Shown here one piece after another: positions 41,814 through 55,360 of a stretch of DNA of 64,000 nucleotides (positions within the stretch are counted from its first letter, which is position 1; every line of letters begins with the position of its first letter). Under the pieces are notes generated by a model. That model was not told the DNA's origin and made no database searches. It worked only from the letters and a program-made list of their open reading frames with translations. The translations under genes and the position numbers were made by a program. This DNA is from the human T2T-CHM13v2.0 reference genome, Homo sapiens, in NCBI RefSeq assembly GCF_009914755.1, contig NC_060927.1; one strand, given 5' to 3'.

Positions 41814-43475
41814 TATAACTGCTGTTGCTTTAAAGTTTGTTTTGTCAGGTATAAGAACAGCTTTTCCTGCTCGCTTTTGGTGTCCATTGCATGGATATCT
41901 TTCTCCACTCTTTTATCTTAAGTTTATGTGAGTCCTTATGTGTTAGGTGAGTCTCCTGAAGACAACAGAAACTCAACTGGTAAATTCTTATCCATTCTGC
42001 CATTCTGTATCTTTTAGGTAGATCATTTAGGCCATTCACATTCAATGTTAGTATTGAAATGTGAGGTACTATTCTACTCATCATGCTGTTTGTTGCCTGA
42101 ATACTTCTTTTCATTGTGTTATTGTTATATAGGTCTTGCAAAATTTATACTTTAAGCAGGTTCCATTTTGGTGTATTTTCAGGATTCATTTCAAGATTTA
42201 GAGCTCCTTTCAGCAGTTCTTGTAGTGCTGGCTTGATAGTGGTGAATTCTCTTAGCATTTGTTTGTCTTGAAAAGACTGTCTTTCCTTCATTTGTGAAGC
42301 TTAGTATCACTGGTTACAGAATTCTTGGCAGATAATTGTTTTGTTTAGGAAGGCCAAAAATAGGTCCCCAGTCCCTTCTAGCTTGTAGGGTTTCTGGTGA
42401 GAAATCTGTTAATTTGAGAGATTTTCTTTATAGGTTACCTGATGCTTTGCCTCACAGCCCTTAAGATTCTTTCCTTCATCTTGACTTTAGATACCTGATG
42501 ACCATGTGCCTAGGCGATGATATTTTTGTAATGAATTTCCCAGGTGTTCTTTCAGCTTCTTGTATTTGGATGTCTAGATCTCTAGCAAGGCCCGGGAAGT
42601 TTTTCTTGATTATTTCCTCAAATATGTTTTCCAAACTTTAGATCTCTCTTCCTCCTCAGGAAAACCAATTATTCTTAGGTTTCGAGGTTTAACATAGTTC
42701 CAAACTTCTTGGAGGCTTTGTTCATTTATTTTTATGATTTTTCTTTGTCTTTGATGGACTGGGTTAATTTGAAAGCCTTATCTTTGAGCTCTGAAGTTTT
42801 TTCTTCTGCTTGTTCAATCCTATTGCTGAGACTTTCCAGTGCATTTGGCATTTCTCTGTGTCCTTGATTTCCAGAAGTTATGTTTTTTGTTTAAATGCTC
42901 TCTATTTCACTGAAGAAATTTTCTTTCATATACTGTATCATGTTGTTGATTTGCTAAGGTTAGACTTCACCTTAGGGAAGTGGGGAAAAACCAGCAGTCA
43001 CAGGCCTCACTCTGCTCCTACGCAGCCCACAGTCCTAAAGGCCGGTCTCACTTCCACCATGTCCTAACAACAGCACTGAGTCTTTCCAGGCAGCCGGTGA
43101 CTAGGGCTAAGAACTTGCCCCAGACCAGGAGCCTCCCCATTGAGAAGCAAGCAGACTCATAGTTTTTCAGCTTCTCAGGGAGCCTGCAGTGGTGATCCAG
43201 TTCCTTTGAAGTGTCTGTGGATTCTCTCAGCTTTCCTGGTATGTTCCTGTGGTAGTTCTTTTTTTTTTTTTGAACTCTACCCTTGTATTTTATTAAAAGG
43301 GCAAACATCATGAATTAGCCCAGCTGCTTACTTGAGTTACAAAAGTAACATGATTCAATATGACAATAAGAAACTGTCTACAAATCTCTGACAGTAATAA
43401 ATTGCAATATACAATGCATTCGAGAGTCATACAGACCAACAAACTCTCAGACAAAACAAAAATATTTTAATACCT

Positions 43476-43865
<390 letters not shown>

Positions 43866-44283
43866 TCAAGTCAGAATTAACACCTCAATTAGTGAAGCAT
43901 CAGGAAGCTACATTACAGCTATTTAATATACAAAGATACATCTTTCACCAGTCATTTTCTTCTGATGTCTGTGTTCCAGAATCATACAGACTCTTATTTC
44001 TCTATACCCTTCATTCCATCATTTCTTCAGATCATGTAAACTGAATTTGTTGAACACCAGAAATCTGTTGTGTAAACCATAACATTTTGTTGCTGACCAT
44101 CTGTGGTTATTAAGCCAGCTGGTAACTGGTTAGTAAATGCCTCTTCTGTAAGCTCTTCACTTAGTCCATCTGTAGCTGTGACTGCTCCACCAACTCCCTT
44201 TTCTCCTTTCATAGCCTCTCTGAATTTTTGAAGATATAATTTCAGAGGTTCCACGTAACTGTCTAGGCCTAAGGTAGACATGG

Positions 44284-44625
44284 TGATATGGTTTGGCTGT
44301 ATCCCCACCAAATCTCAACTTGAATTTTATCTCCCAGAATTCCCACTTGTTGTGGGAGGGACTTAAGTGGGGGTAATTGAATCATGGGGGCTGGTCTTTC
44401 CTGTGCTGTTCTCATGATAGTGAATAAGTCTCGTGAGATGTGATGGGTTTATCAGGGGTTTCTGCTTTTGCTTCTTCCTCATTTTCTCTCATGTAAGAAG
44501 TGCCTTTCGCCTCCCACCATGATTCTGAAGCCTCCCCAGCCATGTGTAACTATACGTCCAAGTAAACCTTTTTCTTCCCAGTCTGGGGTATACCTTTATC
44601 AGCAGCATGAAAACAGACTAATACA
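44284..44625 (+). mobile_element. THE1A solo LTR inside the NFYB CDS
   Basis: tgatatggtttggc...ctaataca with THE1A-type 'atctcaacttgaatt..tcccagaatt' and 'gggtttatcaggggttt'. TSD CATGG at 44279-44283 and 44626-44630. Confidence 0.96.
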
Positions 44626-45223
44626 CATGGCAAACAGAATGTCTTCTCCATTGATTGTTTTCTGTTTCTCTTGATGGCACCTTTCACTTGCTTCAGATGT
44701 TATAAAGCTGATGAGCTCACTTACACATTCTTGAACACATTCTTTGACATCTTTTGCAATCTTTCCTGTTTGAGGTATGGCATTTTTCATTATCCTAGCC
44801 ACGTTTGTTATTGGAAGATACATATCTTGTTCTCTGAAACTTACTTTTGAACCATTTGTGTCTTCTTGATCACTCATGCTCTCCTCAGTATCATCATGAG
44901 GCTGTATAACATAATGACTTCCTCCAATATAGTCTGCACAGGTTCCTAGTTGAGAGGCATCTGTTGTAGAACTGTCATCATCCATTGTCATGAAATATTG
45001 TCGAAACTGTTGTCAGTGGTGCTGAAGAACACCTGTCTAAAATGGTGTCTACTGTTTGCTATTTCAACCTCCAATGCAGTCCTGGTTGGCTCCCATCTCC
45101 AATCTGCTGTTTTGCTGGAGCTGTTCCTGAGGCAATTCTGAGACTAAAAGTTCATGATGTGGGTTTCCACACACTGCTCCATCCTTCTGAGCAGGAGCTG
45201 CAAGTTAGTCCTGCGTCCTATCT

Positions 45224-45231
45224 GCCATCTT
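45224..45231 (-). promoter_or_regulatory. YY1-type motif AAGATGGC at the L1 5' terminus
   Basis: GCCATCTT on the plus strand at the expected position of the L1 YY1 initiator site. Activity unknown. Confidence 0.5.
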
Positions 45232-46237
45232 AATCTTCTGCTCATACATATACATACATATATTTGATTTCCATCATCTTTCTTCTTCTCTCTATATTTT
45301 CTTAGCTTTTTTCCTTAAAAAATATTTTTTGTTCCAGTTTTTGGTTTCTCCTTTTTACATTGAAACAGTTTTTAAATAATTGTTGATCTTGATCTTTCCA
45401 TTCATAGTCTATTCATATTCAAGAGGCACCAAAAAGCTCATTAGAAGTCAAATCTCTATGGGGAGAGTGGGCCTGTTGGTTGGTGGATTCATGAACACCA
45501 TAGTGTTTGGAAAGAGAGTCAGCCTTTTAATTGAAGGACCTACAAAATGTCACAATAGGAACACTTTTTTGGGGGGGAGGGTATAGATTTATACCCAAGA
45601 ATCTCTTTTTTCCAGCTTTTTGCGGTAGGGTGCAGAGAGAGGAGGATCCTTATACTCAGTTGCTGGAATCCTGAGCGAGGCAAGGAGAAGGACAGAAAAA
45701 AGAGAAAAGAAAGTGGAGAAAAGTTTGCATACCTCACTGTATTTTTCATTCACATACTCTCTCCTGCTCTCTGCTGTGCTCTGTTACAAAGTCCAGAGCC
45801 TTCCTGAGGATAGCCGACTATTCTCCTGCCAGTGAAGATGTATGTGAGAAATAATCTTCTGGCTACAGGCATGTAGGAGAGGATCTGGGTGTTCCAACTC
45901 CCATGTTTACAGTCATCTAACTAATCTTAGTCTTTTCAGACCTCAACCCACCCCACCTTCCTTGGCATCTGGTGCTCCCAATAGCTGAGGCTCTCAAAGG
46001 CTTTGGGAGATTACCTGATGGTTTAAGTTTACCTTCAGCACCTGGATTTCCTTACTTTGCCCAAGAGAGTCTGTTACCATGACTCCTTCTGCACTACAAG
46101 GACCCTATTTGTCACTGTAGGTTAATAACAATTTTTATTTTCTTCAGTATCATTTCTGCATTTTACTGCCAATACCTCAGACTATAACAATATAAGCCAT
46201 CTCCCTTTTCTTCTGATTGTGTTATCTTTTCAAAGTA

Positions 46238-46291
46238 TTAGGTTGCTGCAAAAGTAATTGCAGTTTTTGCCATTACTTTTAATGGCAAAAA
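46238..46291. mobile_element. MADE1 (Hsmar1 MITE) with truncated right TIR
   Basis: TA + ttaggttgctgcaaaagtaattgcagtttttgccattacttttaatggcaaaaa. Confidence 0.9.
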
Positions 46292-47459
46292 AACTCATGT
46301 TTTCATACATCCTATTGAGCAGCAAAATATTTTAAAAATGTGTCTGGTGTCTGGAGTTCATAAGTGATCTCTAATTCTGACTTATAATACTAAAAATATT
46401 CACTTTCTCTTGTTCTGCAGAATTTTTTGAGGCCATAGTACTGGTACTTCTATATTTAGTTAGCTGCACTGTACATACTGTTGTTTAAGATCTCTCCTAA
46501 ATTCTACAATATTATGCTTATTTGTGCAGTTCTCCACAGCCTTTTCTGCTCAGCCCATTTTGCTGGGCTGTGGTGGGATCTTCAAGTTCTTTCCACTATG
46601 AAATGTTTGAACTCCTTGTATTAATAGATGAAGTGCCAGAAGATGGCTATTTCCAATAGTCTTCCTGAGTTTCCCTCTTTTACTTTTCTTTCTCTTTTTG
46701 CTCTCTTTTTCCAAGTTTTTTCCTGAGTTCTTATATAGCACTGCCAGCCCCCTGCTATTTCCTCCCAAGTCACTTTCAGGAACTTACTATCTTTTTCTGG
46801 CTAGAAACAGGCATTCATTGATGAGTATAGGTATATCAGACTGACTCCAGGGGACAGTCAGAGTTCTCACACATATCATGGATGGCTGCTTATTTTCATC
46901 AATTTTCAAATTTGTGCAGCTGTTGCCTTTCTGAGCCTTTGGGCTCAGAAGGAAGAGAAGAATGGTGAACGTGGTTCTTGCTTTCATAATGCTCAGCATA
47001 ACACCGATGGGTCAATGTTTACATATATATTTAGGGGATTTCCAATGAATGTCAGCAATAGATGTATTTCTGCTTAATTTTCAGTGCTATTTTAAATTCT
47101 GGTTATCTTTTGTCTCAGTAAATATTTTAAGGGGGAAGTCAGGAGATTTTTTTTGTCTTTTACAAAACACCATATAAAGTGAAGATTTCATATAGTCTTA
47201 TTTACATTTAAAACAGTGATGCTAGTACATTTTCGTTTACTCACCACATATGGTAAACGTGGTTCAGTAAGAGTAAAGGCAAATTTTGGAAATAGTTCCT
47301 AATATAATACATAAACAAGTGGGGGTCAATGTTTACTGTATTTTAAGATGGACAAAAAAAATACTTTCTTACATTTTGCCTTCCAAACTCTTCGTAGTAT
47401 GTAAAACTCCTAGGGCAAAATGTCATTTTCAATGCTTTGTAAAAAGAATACTTGATATT

Positions 47460-47769
<310 letters not shown>

Positions 47770-48061
47770 CTATGAAATAAGGTGGCCAGAAGGAAAAAGG
47801 AGTCGTCAGATGTAGAAAAAGACACATTAAAGTTTTATTTTTAAGTTCCACCAGAGTTATTTGAATATACTTTTTAGTTAACTAAAGTTGTAATTGTTAT
47901 CATAGGCAAAAAAGAAAATTAAAATAGTGAGTATATTACACCTCATAAAGATGGAAACAAGAAATATCTAATAGAAAAACTTTAGCAGCCAAACGAGGTC
48001 TCTCTGACAGTTGTTTTTATTGACCTGTGGTAGAAAAATAGCATCAACATTCATTTCCTGA

Positions 48062-48280
48062 GTGCGGTGCAGTGTAATAGTTAAGAGCAGAGTTTTGGGA
48101 ATCAGACGATACCTTAATGTAATATTGAGAAAATTATTTAAGCTGTCTGATAAACTTTTAGATTCTCAAATTCCTCCTTTGCAAAATGTACAATTATAGG
48201 TTTTTATTAAGGACTAAATGAGGCAATGTACGTAAAGCATATGGCAGTACTTCCTACACAGTAAATGCTTAATAAATGGT
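48062..48280 (+). mobile_element. MIR
   Basis: 'gtgtaatagttaagagcagagttttgggaatcagac..aaatgcttaataaatggt'. Confidence 0.75.
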
Positions 48281-49469
48281 GCAAGTTTTTTAAAAAATAT
48301 GTTCTATGAACTAATACTCTGAGAATTTTTTTTAATGAATTTGGATCTGTGACTTTTGAAAATGTGCCTTCCTTTCATCAGGCTGGTTGGCCAATGCCAT
48401 GTGGGTTGCCTGTTCTTACTTGTTCAATGGAACTAGTAAAAAAAATGATGTTGCTTTGATTAGAGAGAAATGAGTTTCATATCCCTGATTTCTAGAATAT
48501 TGTGAGTGTGTAATAATTATTTATTGAATTAATACCAAAAATTAAACCAGCCCATCTTTATTTACTAGATCCATTTGTGTTTAACCTGTAGAGTATCTAA
48601 GTAATGCTTGAGTATTACCATTTACCTCTAAACTTCACTCTTCAATATTAATATAGATGAAGGGTATTGATATTGATTATTTATCTGTGTAATTATGAGT
48701 TGAAATGCTCCCCCTGTTCTTCAGGTAGAAGATAATTTAGACATTTTTCATGTAAAGATTACCTCTGATTTTCTCTGAAAAACTGCAAAGAAGAGTTTCA
48801 TATCTCCCTTTGTCTCTTTTTCCAGTAGGTGATGTGTGAGGCACTGGGCTCATTAAGGGATTTAAAGGACAACAATACATACTCTCTGTCTCTAAAAAGC
48901 TTGTGAGACCTTTGGAGATATAAGCTGTAGAACTCAAAAGCTTTCAGTGAGTTAATTGAATAGCATGCACAAACTCTACAGATAAAGGAAATAGGAGTGG
49001 ACAGATATTTCATAAAGAATTTGAGACTTGAGTTGAGCATTGAAGGGGGGTTGGCAAAGACTGTAATGTAATAAAGAATAAGAAGAAAGCAAGTGAATGA
49101 GCAAAGCAGGGGACACAAGAATAGGCATCGCACAGTCAGCTTTCTCGAAACAATTATAAACCAGTTTTCTCTTTAAAATGAGCATTGTTTTCTTTTCATT
49201 ACATAAAATTTGTTAACAATGAGTGTATTTTAATTTGATGGTGTTCCTGGAGAATGATATGAATATATTGGTACTATAAACATCAGGAAGGAAAGAATTG
49301 ATAACACATACGAAAGAACCATAAACTAGAATGCAGGCACATTACAGGTGCTCAGTAAAATTTTCAAGGTTTTCCTTCTCATCCTTTGGATCAGGCTGTG
49401 TTTATTATATTTTTTGGAAATCCACTTTAAACTATACCAAAAAAATTAAAAGTAATTCTAATGAGGTGG

Positions 49470-49850
49470 AGCTGTAGATTGGCTTCTCTAGAAAGCAGAT
49501 GCTGACATGAAGGTAAGTCTAGAAAAATAAGTTTATTATTACATGCTTTTATAATCAATACCTGTGGAAGAGATGGAAAAGAGGCAGAATTTGCTGAGGG
49601 AAGTTCAATCCCAATGCAGCCTCAGTGAAGGTTTTAGCAAACATCACAGTTTGCTCTGAAGTGGGGGTCAAATTACTTAGCCCATGTTGTGGTCAGAATG
49701 AGAGCTACCCTAGGAAGGAAAGAGAACCCTAGTTGAAGCAGATTCCTCCAGTCAAAGGCAATTTTTTTGAGAGGTCTGAGAGGTGACAGCTGTTAGCACT
49801 CTTCCAGTTTCTGGAGGAATTAGTCTTTCAATACTGTGTCACTCTCCAAG
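49470..49850 (-). mobile_element. LTR33-like ERVL LTR
   Basis: 'ttctctagaaagcagatgctgacatg..atcaatacctgtggaag..gcagaatttgctgagggaag'. Confidence 0.6.
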
Positions 49851-49890
49851 GGCTGCTGTCACTTCACTGGAATAAAGGAACTACGGGGCC

Positions 49891-50160
49891 TGTCGTCGTC
49901 TGCTCGAGCTTCCATAACAAAATGCCACAGACTAGGTGACTTAAAAAGCGAATTTATTTTCTCACAGTTCTGGAGGCTAGAAGTCCAAGATCAGGGTTTC
50001 AGCTGATTTGATTTAGGTTAAGGGCTCTCTTCCTGGTTTGCGTATGGCCACCTTCTTGCTATGTCCTTATGTGACCTTTCCTTGGTGTGTGCAAGGAGAG
50101 GGAGAGAGAGAGAGCAAGCTCTCTGATGTCTCTTATAAGGACACTAACACTATTGTATTA
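49891..50160 (-). mobile_element. MLT1A-like LTR fragment
   Basis: 'ccataacaaaatgccacagactagg..tttattttctcacagttctggaggctagaagtccaagatc..tcttataaggacactaa'. Confidence 0.85.
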
Positions 50161-52515
50161 TAGTTACTGACATACCTTTTAAACAGTCTTAAGTACTTCT
50201 TATATTTAATTTATAATTTAAAATAAACTTTTATTTCTAAATATGGTCAAAATTAGAAAGTTTTTTGGTTGTGTGATGTAGAACATAAAATTTCCTTGAG
50301 TTGTAGTTAGAAATGATAATAATTTGGACTGTTTTTCAGAGACAGGTTACAAAATAGTTGAATTAATTAATAGTTGTGGACAAAAGCATTTTTTGTGATT
50401 ACAAATGTTTGGATTAAATGAAAATGTTTACAAGCATATACATCATAATATGTCTCCATAATATCTGACCTTTTGATAACAATCAAACATGCGCCCTGTT
50501 CAACTATTAATGGATTGGGGGGAATGAGGTACTTAAAGGAAAATAACTCTCTTTTTTCCTTTTGAGTATTTATGTGACAGTGCAATGTAGAAATAAAGCA
50601 ATTCTTTTGATGTTTGGATATAAAAGAATTTGAAAATCTTACCCCGTGCAGTGTAAGTGAAGAAGTGAAGAAATCTTTTATAGATTTTGTGGGGGTGGGG
50701 TGGGAGTTTCAGATAGTGGATGGAGAGCTGAGATGAGGAAGTAAACATTTTAACACTGTAAAAGTCTCAATATTTATTGAGACTTTCATGTCCTATTTGC
50801 CTTTACTTCCTGTTTTGTGTTTAGTAGTTTACTGATAATAATGAAGGATAAAGTTTTGAGACTCTTCCCTAAACCTGACTCTGCTGGCAAATTGTTCATA
50901 AAATCCACAGAAAACTATCTCCCAGGCATAGTACTGAGGATCTAATAAAATTTTAATCTCCTGTTTCTGAAATATTTCAGCTGGAGGGTAGAGAACAATT
51001 CTGTTGCTCTCCTCTGTGACAGATTTATGTGTTCTTTAGAGGATGATAAGCAGTAGAATTTCTTTTCTTTTCTTCATTTCTTTATATGCCAACTTTTAAA
51101 GATTCACAGTTGAAAAATGTCACTTGTCACATTCAGTCACGAATATTATCTTCCTATTGAACATGGAACATATCTAGTCATTGTTCCTAAATGGATTCTG
51201 ACCTGAAGGATAAACAATCACTTTTAGGTCATCTTTGGTGAAGTCCATATGAACTAGTTGTTCAGTCCTGCTGAAGGCGTTTCAAATACATTATCAATTG
51301 TAAATACTCATCTTTATTTGTGTCGCAAATGAAAGCTTGGAAAACCACATGTTATTCTGTGATATCTATATATCAGCATATCTGTATCTGTATTTATTCT
51401 TTCAGGTAATTAGTCAGTCATGGATTAGCACATTACATGATTGGGGGCTAACATTTGTAAAACAGCTATAAGACAAAGAAATTATTTGGAGTCAGAATAA
51501 TAAGGATGATTTATAGAAGAGATAGATTAAGAGTAAATCCTTGAAGGATAGAAATATTTATCCTGAGAATGAGGGCACAAACCAAGTGTGGGAACAGAAC
51601 TAATTAGAGTACATTTCAGAAACCATGGGAAATTTGGCTTAACTCTAAATTGCCTTGAGGCACTGAGTCAAAAACAGGGCCTGTCTGTATCTAGCTCACC
51701 CTTTCACTTCTCACATCCAGCTTAGGGCCTATGGTAAAATAGATTCTCAAGAGATATTGTACGAATGAATGTAAATCGAGTGAGTGAACAACAGAGGTAA
51801 GGCTGTATGGGTTGTGCTTATTTTCTGACCATCCTTAGATACGTATTTGACTTTGTAAGGGAGGCTTGTAAGTCATTTCATCCAACTGACCACTTGCCCT
51901 TTTCTGCCTGACAGCCAGCTAGATATACTAGTGGCTTGATGTTCAATCCACCTTTCGTCTACAATCTTACGGCCTCAAGCAGATAATGCCATATTGCCAT
52001 AGTGTGACTCATGTGCAAACTAGTGTTTTCTTTGATTGAACTTTTAGTGTGAGAGGTTACCGATATTCAGTGCTCAGAGCAAAATCCAAAAAGAAGCTGA
52101 AAAGACATGGGAAAAAAATAGGTCCCACAAAACAAGACATTTTCTATTGGTCTGTGCTTCACACATATTCTTACAGCAAAGACTTGCTCAGGAGCTGAAT
52201 TGTCATTTCATCAGGAAAGAGTTTTATTAGTCAAGAAAGCACCCAGGCTGGTCAATAGAAATATACTGTGAGTTGACTGGTATTTTGGCCTGTGTCTAAA
52301 TTTCACACTCAAGGCAGCTATGGAAGGGAGCATGAGAGTCTCTGATTCAGATGAAACAGTCAGAGAACATTAAACCTGCTTTAATTTTTGTGAAAGTTTT
52401 GCAACCCTCCAGAGGTAGATTACATTAATAGGTAATCTACATTAATAGGTTAATGCTTAACCATTTCCCCACCTGTATGTTTATAGATCTCCTTTCTCTT
52501 CCTAGAGTGTTGTGA

Positions 52516-53088
<573 letters not shown>

Positions 53089-54249
53089 TAAAGCACATTT
53101 AATGGGCTCATTTGCCTTTTTCCATAATAATTTTTATGCCTGCCTCTCCCCATTGCCCTCTGTTTTTTACTTGATTTATCCCTACTCATTATTAAAAATT
53201 CACCCAAGGCCCAGCTCGCCTGTTCCCCTCTGGGACCCACAGGCTGTATGCACACACTCTGCATTTCCAAAAAACATTGTTTTCTTCCTTGCATTTAGCT
53301 TCTAAGTTACATGCTTTTCTCTGAGAGGAAAGTCTGTGTTTTCGTCTTTATCCTCAGTAACTTGCACAATGCCTAGCTCATAGTTGGTGTTTAATAAATG
53401 TTACTTCGCCTCTTCGGTTTTCTTAGAGGTCATCCCTTTCTGAATCAAATCTTACTTTTCGGATGGTTACTTTGATGATGTGGATTTTATTCATTTCTTT
53501 GGCAAATATTTCTTGGAAATCTACTATGTTAGTCCTTATATAGACATATTTCACACCTGATTTCTTCAGCAACAATGGTGTTGAAGAAATGGAAACTCAG
53601 CTGTGATGTTGCTAGTCTTACCCTTCCTATGTGCCAGGAATGCTTCTCAAACTAAGGCGTATCTGACTCCAAATGCTCTTTTTTTTATGCCACGTTTTTT
53701 TCCTTTAGGGTAAAGTATAATTTTAGGTACATCTTATATAGAAAGTAAAAATATACTACAGTTTAAATTCTATCATAATTAACTCCTTAAGACCTCTAAG
53801 TTCACTTGCCATTTGATCATTACAAGCACACTGTTAGAAATCTATTTAACTGTCAGGATCTGAACATCAGAGAGGAGGCACTTAGGGCTTTATTTTTTGT
53901 TTTTCTCTTTGTTAATAAATTATCAGATGAAAAACAAAATAATATTTTGTTCCCAATAGAGGAAAGAGAAGTTCAATGCAAGTGACGCTCTTACTCCTTC
54001 CCCAAGCTTGTGGGTTGAATGTACTTACGCTGGTTGGTTTAGGGAGTTGTTGCAAGTTTCTCTCTTCAGTCACGTCTTTAAGGGGCCTGCAGGGAATAAT
54101 TTTTCCCCCGTTTCCTCTCTTTGTTATAAATCTTATATAAAATGAGGAGTTTACTTGACACTGTACATGTTGTGGAAACAAAGATGGATGAATGGGGGCT
54201 GAGGCCAGTGGAGAAAAGAATTAAGCAAGAGTTGATGTTTACCAGTATT

Positions 54250-54775
54250 TGCATAGCAGATTAAAGATGCCTGAAAATTATTTGACCTTCCTCCCATAGA
54301 GAAATGAGATTGATTTTTCCTTCCCTTGAATTTGGGTGGACTTTGTATTTGCTTTGGTATAATACAGTGGAAGGGAAACATGCTTATTTCCAGGCCCAGG
54401 CTTTAATATATCGGCAATTGCTACTTTCAGTTTCTTGGGACTCTCACTCTAGGAGCCCTGATCTTCCATGTGAGAAGCAAAACATGGTGACCACATAAAG
54501 AGCGCCTGTGGCTATGTGGAGGGGAAAAGGGCCCACTGAGTCTGGTCGTCCAGCTCTCCTTGCAAGCTGCCCGGCTTACGCATTCCCTTCCTCTGCTCAC
54601 CCCGCAACCCGCACTAGCCCAGCCGCCACCTGAATACCATTGAGTGACTGCAATTGATGTTACAGTCTTTTGCGAAGATAAGAATCTCTCAGATGAGTCT
54701 TTTCTGAATTCTTAACCTCTATTAAGCCACTGAAGTTTGGTGCAGTTTGTTAACAGTGATAGATAAGCAGAAATG
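54250..54775 (+). mobile_element. MLT1H/G-like MaLR LTR
   Basis: 'tttgaccttcctcccatagag..tcccttgaatttgggtggac' through 'taagccactgaagtttggtgcagtttgtta..atagataa'. Confidence 0.75.
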
Positions 54776-55039
54776 TTTGTACCTAGTCATCAATTAACAA
54801 TTACTTTAACTTATTCCACATCTACTGAGGAAATCACTGAAGCTAGTTGGATATATCATATCTTCCTTCATTTTGATGATGGTGTCACCAGAATATATAT
54901 GTTAACTAGAAGGGAAGATATGGATTATTTGTGTGTGCATATATTTTTTAATCTTTCTAACTGATGGCAATCATAATATTTATTTAACACATTATATTTT
55001 TTCACACCACATTTACAACTATTATTTCTAAATCTTTCT

Positions 55040-55360
55040 ACCATCAGTCTAGTAAGGTCATTTGTCAAGTCTGAATTATGCCATCTTGCAGATGCTGAAA
55101 CTGAGGCATAGAGGTTAGGTTAACTCCCTAGGATCACATAGCTAAGGTTTTCACAGCACACTGGGTAAAAAAAATGTTATTCAGAAATTAAATTAATGTT
55201 AAGATGGTTATCTGTTTAATGCTTGTCACATCAACTAAACTTTAAGCTCCAGGAGGTCAGAGAACTTGTCTGTCTTCTTTAACACTTGAAGCGTAGAGCC
55301 TAGCCCAGTGCAGCCCGAGAAAACACTCACTTGGTATTAGTTGAATGAATAAATACATAA
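55040..55360. mobile_element. MIR core and L2 3' end fragments
   Basis: 'gcagatgctgaaactgaggcatagaggtta' and 'taagctccaggaggtcag..gttgaatgaataaat'. Confidence 0.6.

Noticed and set aside
44027-44991. Functional NFYB gene
   Set aside because: Intronless, with polyA and TSD, an LTR insertion and a frameshift, so it is a retrocopy.
45260-46100. Possible HAL1/L1ME 5' remnant
   Set aside because: Resemblance too weak to assign by eye.
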